The position numbers were made by a program, and so were the translations under genes. The notes under the pieces are model-generated. The model saw only the letters and a program-made list of their open reading frames with translations, had not been told where the DNA came from and made no database searches. From contig UYFQ01000001.1 of the NCBI GenBank assembly GCA_900617105.1, forward strand, positions 3,596,001-3,660,000: a stretch of 64,000 nucleotides of DNA. Reading direction: 5' to 3'. Shown here piece by piece: positions 59,766 to 64,000 of this stretch (its first letter is position 1; every line of letters begins with the position of its first letter). Source of the stretch: Hydrurus foetidus (Eukaryota).

Positions 59766-60755
59766 TCACCCACCACTATCCAAAGTAAACCCAGCATTCC
59801 GATCCTGCCCCAACAGCGCCACCATCTGCGGCAAAGCCAATTGCAACTGGGCCTTCAGCGTATGCGGCGGGTTAATGATGAACATGCCGCTGGCGGGCAA
59901 GCCTGGGCGGACCACTTCGCCTTCGTTGTCCGTCAATAACTTGCTTGATTTCACGGTTAAAACCGCGTTTAACCAAGGCCGCCCGGCTTTCACGGCTAGG
60001 GTTTTCAGCTTGCGCGGCAAATCATGTGCTTCTGGCCGGGGAATCACCGGGTACCAGACCACATACGTGCCTGTAGCAAAGCGCTTGACGGCGTCGGCCA
60101 TCGTGGCGCTCACCCTCAAGTAATCGCTCTTCATTTCGTAGCTGGGGTCACAAAACACCATGGCACGGCGCGATGGCGGGGGCAAAAAAGGCTTTAGCGC
60201 TTCAAAACCGTCTTCACGCGCCACGCTGACTTGCCTGCCCGCGCCCAGCTGCGCGATGTTGCCCGACAGCGACTTGAAGTCAGTGGGGTGCAATTCAAAC
60301 AGCTTGAGCTTGTCGCGGCCTTCTAAAAATTGCTGGGTAATGAACGGTGAGCCGGGGTAGATTTTGAGGTGCGCGGGCTCTCCCGTCTCAGCAAACTGGG
60401 GGTTGAGTGCCCGCAGCACGTTGGCATAGTCTTCCAAAGCCGGGCACAGTGCGGTGACTTCGGAGGGCAGCGATGCTTTCGGTGAAGCTATTTTTTTAGG
60501 AGCTGCTTGCGCCCGTATTTCTTGGGCTACAGGCTTCTTTAATGCTGCGAAAAGCTTCAAAACACCTTCGCTGGCCTCGCCACTGGTCTCGGTGTAGTCG
60601 CCATCCAGCCGGTACAGCCCGGCACCGGCGTGGGTGTCAATCACGCTCAAGGCGGTGTCTTTGCCGCAGAGGTATTTGCACAGCGCAATCAGCGTGGTGT
60701 GTTTGAGGACGTCGGCGTGGTTGCCGGCGTGGAAGGCGTGTCTATAACTGAACAT
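59766..60755 (-). CDS. rlmJ: 23S rRNA m6A2030 methyltransferase
   Basis: MFSYRHAFHAGNHADVLKH, DTHAGAG, YPGSP, ELHP, DPSYE, WYP. Confidence 0.93.
   Translation of the reverse strand: MFSYRHAFHAGNHADVLKHTTLIALCKYLCGKDTALSVIDTHAGAGLYRLDGDYTETSGEASEGVLKLFAALKKPVAQEIRAQAAPKKIASPKASLPSEVTALCPALEDYANVLRALNPQFAETGEPAHLKIYPGSPFITQQFLEGRDKLKLFELHPTDFKSLSGNIAQLGAGRQVSVAREDGFEALKPFLPPPSRRAMVFCDPSYEMKSDYLRVSATMADAVKRFATGTYVVWYPVIPRPEAHDLPRKLKTLAVKAGRPWLNAVLTVKSSKLLTDNEGEVVRPGLPASGMFIINPPHTLKAQLQLALPQMVALLGQDRNAGFTLDSGG
60487..60527 (+). repeat. Family A motif in frame inside rlmJ
   Basis: GCTA-tttttttag-GAGC-tgcttgc-GCCC-gtatttctt-GGGC; antisense encodes PVAQEIRAQAAPKKIAS. Confidence 0.88.
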
Positions 60756-60797
60756 GTTTGTATTTTCGCCTTTAAACGGCTGACTAAACCGCGAAAA

Positions 60798-60827
60798 TTG
60801 ACGTAAGCCCTTGATTCTTCATATAAT
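60798..60827 (+). promoter_or_regulatory. Sigma70 promoter of rplM-rpsI
   Basis: TTGACG-N18-TATAAT. Confidence 0.7.
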
Positions 60828-60985
60828 CGAGGGCTTCGCAGCGCACATGTGGTTCCGCGGTGAAGTCATTTACCGCACAGCTCTAGCGCCTGCAGCAAGT
60901 GGTTCCTACCTAAGAGGTTCTCGTCAGAAGAACGCCGACCGTAGAAAAGAGCCCGCCAAACCCTTCTTTTTTAAAGAGAAAACTC

Positions 60986-61453
60986 ATGAAAACCTTCAGC
61001 GCAAAACCCGCTGACGTGGTGCACGAGTGGTTTGTGATTGACGCGACCGACAAGGTCCTCGGACGAGTAGCCAGCGAAGTTGCTCTCCGTTTACGCGGCA
61101 AACACAAGGCCATTTACACGCCTCACGTCGATACGGGTGACTTTATCGTCATCATCAACGCAGCTCAGCTCAAAGTCACTGGTGCCAAAGCGATTGACAA
61201 AATTTACTACCGCCATTCCGGCTACCCGGGCGGTATCAGTGCCACCAATTTCCGCGACATGCAGACCAAATTCCCGGGTCGCGCCCTGGAAAAAGCTGTC
61301 AAAGGTATGTTGCCAAAAGGCCCATTGGGCTACGCCATGATCAAAAAGCTCAAGGTTTACGGTGGCGCAGAGCACCCGCACACCGCGCAGCAGCCGAAGG
61401 TTCTGGACATTCCAGGCATTTCCATTAACGCTCAGAAAGAGGCCGCCAAATGA
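60986..61453 (+). CDS. rplM: 50S ribosomal protein L13
   Basis: [40 protein letters not shown]. Confidence 0.97.
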   Translation: MKTFSAKPADVVHEWFVIDATDKVLGRVASEVALRLRGKHKAIYTPHVDTGDFIVIINAAQLKVTGAKAIDKIYYRHSGYPGGISATNFRDMQTKFPGRALEKAVKGMLPKGPLGYAMIKKLKVYGGAEHPHTAQQPKVLDIPGISINAQKEAAK

Positions 61454-61842
61454 TCGGTGAATGGAACAACGGCACCGGCCGCCGCAAATCAAGCGTCGCC
61501 CGCGTGTTCATTAAAAAAGGCACTGGCCAGATCATGATCAACGAGAAAGACATTCGCGTGTTTTTCGGGCGCGAAACGTCCATCATGATTTGCCGCCAAC
61601 CCCTGTTTTTGACCAACCACGTTGAAACGTTTGACATCATGGTCAACGTCCACGGCGGCGGTGAGTCGGGCCAGGCAGGCGCTGTGCGCCACGGCATTAC
61701 ACGCGCCCTGATTGACTATGACGCGGCCCTGAAGCCAGCGCTCAGCCAGGCAGGCTTTGTGACCCGTGATGCACGTGAAGTTGAGCGTAAAAAGGTCGGT
61801 TTCCGCTCAGCTCGCCGTCGCAAGCAGTTCAGCAAGCGTTAA
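61450..61842 (+). CDS. rpsI: 30S ribosomal protein S9
   Basis: [23 protein letters not shown]-terminal QFSKR. Confidence 0.97.
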   Translation: MIGEWNNGTGRRKSSVARVFIKKGTGQIMINEKDIRVFFGRETSIMICRQPLFLTNHVETFDIMVNVHGGGESGQAGAVRHGITRALIDYDAALKPALSQAGFVTRDAREVERKKVGFRSARRRKQFSKR

Positions 61843-61887
61843 TCGAGATTCGCTTAGCCGCAAAAAGCCGATTCGGCTCTGCTGCCC

Positions 61888-61924
61888 AAAAATGCCGCTG
61901 CGCTTTTGCCCAGCGGCATTTTTT
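61888..61924 (+). terminator. Rho-independent terminator after rpsI
   Basis: aaaaatgccgctg-N10-cagcggcatttttt. Confidence 0.8.
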
Positions 61925-62006
61925 ATGGCGCCCTTCGTTGGGCGCACAATAGCGATCTTGTATTTTTTGAGTGCGCTGCCTGCTTGGCGCCGTCACCCCG
62001 CCAACA

Positions 62007-62741
62007 TTGAAATTCAGATTATTTCGCCGCCGACTGACGATCAGCGCGCCGCGCATGGCGGTGCGCAGCGCATTGCCGTGGCCAGTGCGCTGGATGCTAG
62101 GCGCCGTAGTGCTGGGTTTTTCAGCGGCCATTGCGCTGTGGACCTTTGAAATTGGCAAAGACATCGCCGGGCTGGACGGCAATGCCAAAGAAGAGCTGAT
62201 TTCATTGCGCGCAGAAGTCACGCAGCTGCGATCAGACCGCGACAAAGCGCAGACGGTGGCCAACACTTCGGGCAGCCTGCTGGCCGCCGACAAAGCGGCG
62301 CTCGATAAAATGATGGGCCAGCTCAAGCAACTTGAATCAGACAACCGACTGCTGCGCGATGATTTGGGCTTTTTTGAAAAGCTGTTGCCTGCCAGCGGCA
62401 GCGACGGCGTGTCGATTCGCAGCGTGCAGGCCGAGCTGGTGTCGGCGTCGCAATTGCGCTGGCAGGTGCTGGTGATTCAGCCGGTCAAGGGCGCAGCTGA
62501 CTTTAATGGCAAGCTCGAGGTGACGCTCAATGGGTCATTGGCCGGCAAACCCTGGACGGCCACGCTACCTGGCGGCGCACAGGCGCTGCAGTTTAAACAG
62601 TACCGCCGCATTGAGGGCGTGCTGGATCTGCCCCCGCAAGTCGTGGTAAAAACAGCGACTGCCAAGGTAACAGAGGGGTCGGCGACCCGCTCGGTTCAAA
62701 CCTTCAAGTTTTCATCGAGTCCGCCTGCGGATCGACCCTAA
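62007..62741 (+). CDS. DUF6776-like membrane-anchored coiled-coil protein
   Basis: RRRLTISAPRM, one transmembrane helix, coiled coil, DLGFFE; upstream of bactofilin; TTG start inferred. Confidence 0.7.
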   Translation: MKFRLFRRRLTISAPRMAVRSALPWPVRWMLGAVVLGFSAAIALWTFEIGKDIAGLDGNAKEELISLRAEVTQLRSDRDKAQTVANTSGSLLAADKAALDKMMGQLKQLESDNRLLRDDLGFFEKLLPASGSDGVSIRSVQAELVSASQLRWQVLVIQPVKGAADFNGKLEVTLNGSLAGKPWTATLPGGAQALQFKQYRRIEGVLDLPPQVVVKTATAKVTEGSATRSVQTFKFSSSPPADRP

Positions 62742-62758
62742 CGAGTTCAGGAGTTCTT

Positions 62759-63166
62759 ATGTTCGGCAAAAAAAAGCAACCCCCCATCAAAAGCCTGATT
62801 GCCACGGGCAGCTGTATTGAAGGCAACATCCGTTTTACTGACGGTTTGCGAGTTGATGGTGAGGTAATTGGCAACATTCGCGCCGCTGAAGGCTCGCCCA
62901 GCATTTTGGTGATCAGCGAAACAGCCAGCGTCACCGGGCAAATTTTTGCGGATCACGTCATCATTAATGGCCGTGTTGCAGGGCCGGTGCACGCGTTTGA
63001 GTTGCTCGAACTGCAGCCCAAAGCCAACATCCAGGGCGATGTGTCTTACAAAGCGCTTGAAATGCACCAAGGCGCGGCTATTGCCGGCCAGTTGCGGCCA
63101 ACCATGGCCACCTTCGAAGAAAAGCCCATGCTCAAGCTGGCGGCAAGCAATGCCCAGGCGGCTTGA
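62759..63166 (+). CDS. Bactofilin (polymer-forming cytoskeletal protein)
   Basis: IEGNIRF.DGLRVDG, VIINGRVAG, GDVSY..LEM..GA beta-helix repeats. Confidence 0.88.
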   Translation: MFGKKKQPPIKSLIATGSCIEGNIRFTDGLRVDGEVIGNIRAAEGSPSILVISETASVTGQIFADHVIINGRVAGPVHAFELLELQPKANIQGDVSYKALEMHQGAAIAGQLRPTMATFEEKPMLKLAASNAQAA

Positions 63167-63351
63167 GTTTTGTCGGGTCGTCGCCATTTGAGTTAAAGCT
63201 AAGTCACGCTGACAGTAAGTACTAACAAATCAGGCGGTTAAAAATTAGGAGATTAGCGCACACTGGCTACTTGCCTTCAGATGGCGTGCAGAGTGCGAGG
63301 TTGCCGGGTATGCGGTAAAATTGGGTATTGTTTAGAAGATTGGAGCTACCG

Positions 63352-63726
63352 ATGAGTGCAGTTGCTGAAAACGTCCAGACCACAATGGGGCAAATGCCTG
63401 ATCCGTTCGTGTTTACCGACAGCGCGGCTGACAAAGTGGCTGAGTTGATCGCCGAAGAAGGCAACCCAGATTTGAAGTTGCGCGTGTTCGTGCAGGGTGG
63501 CGGGTGTTCGGGCTTTTCGTATGGTTTCACGTTTGACGAAATCACCAACGACGACGACACCACCATGACCAAAAACGGCGTGTCGCTGTTGATTGACGCT
63601 ATGAGCTACCAGTACCTGGTGGGCGCTGAGATTGACTACAAAGATGACCTGGAAGGCGCACAATTTGTGATTAAAAATCCAAACGCGACCAGCACTTGCG
63701 GCTGTGGTTCCAGCTTCTCTGCTTAA
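63352..63726 (+). CDS. erpA: Iron-sulfur cluster insertion protein ErpA
   Basis: [29 protein letters not shown]. Confidence 0.93.
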   Translation: MSAVAENVQTTMGQMPDPFVFTDSAADKVAELIAEEGNPDLKLRVFVQGGGCSGFSYGFTFDEITNDDDTTMTKNGVSLLIDAMSYQYLVGAEIDYKDDLEGAQFVIKNPNATSTCGCGSSFSA

Positions 63727-63744
63727 GTTTTCCACCATGCAGAG

Positions 63745-63768
63745 AAACCGCCCTTGAGGCGGTTTTTT
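63745..63768. terminator. Rho-independent terminator after erpA
   Basis: aaaccgcc-cttga-ggcggtttttt. Confidence 0.8.
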
Positions 63769-63783
63769 GTTGCCTGAGCGGGC

Positions 63784-64000
63784 TCAAGCAGGGTAAATCG
63801 CACCCAGCACGCGCAGCCCCGCCGCGCCCGTCACGCTGGGTAAATTGCCCGGTAGCCGCAAAACGGTCTGGCGAGCCAGCCACGCAAACGCTGCCGCTTC
63901 TACATCCAAAGGCGCCAGGCCATGCACGCAAGAGGGCACCACTTTCAGTGACGGCAAACCCGCTTGCAAACGCTGCATCAGGTGTGAGTTAAACGCACCG
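63784..64000 (-). CDS. anmK: Anhydro-N-acetylmuramic acid kinase, C-terminal part (truncated by window edge)
   Basis: VEAAAFAWLA...PGNLPSVTGA...LGAIYPA; usual neighbour of erpA. Confidence 0.88.
   Translation of the reverse strand, partial: GAFNSHLMQRLQAGLPSLKVVPSCVHGLAPLDVEAAAFAWLARQTVLRLPGNLPSVTGAAGLRVLGAIYPA

Overview
Chromosomal window from a moderately GC-rich betaproteobacterium. Gene content and order point to Comamonadaceae (Polaromonas-like); this is inference. The window holds a large LiuR-regulated leucine/isovalerate catabolic cluster (liuR, ivd, can, aceK, thiolase, acyl-CoA dehydrogenase and synthetase, liuB/C/D/E) with three LiuR-type palindromes. The cluster is interrupted by an accessory patch: two orphan HigA-type antitoxins, a winged-helix-HNH nuclease, an intact IS3-family element, and a vapB with a vapC relic. 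Further along are an MFS transporter, a double-length UvrA, a sugar ABC transporter, a decaying creatininase/amidohydrolase/FAD-oxidoreductase/ABC operon, two Bug/TctC receptors, an SAH riboswitch-ahcY-tlyA-metF unit, rlpA, rlmJ, rplM-rpsI, a bactofilin, erpA and the 3' end of anmK. The most striking unexplained signal is a 41-bp double-dyad motif, GCTA-N9-(T/G)AGC-TGCTTGC-GCCC-N9-GGGC. It occurs in at least 16 clear and 2 degenerate copies with invariant spacing. Most copies lie inside protein-coding genes, in several frames and both orientations, sometimes over conserved residues. Two further palindromic repeat families and a ~745-bp nested palindrome between rlpA and rlmJ accompany it.
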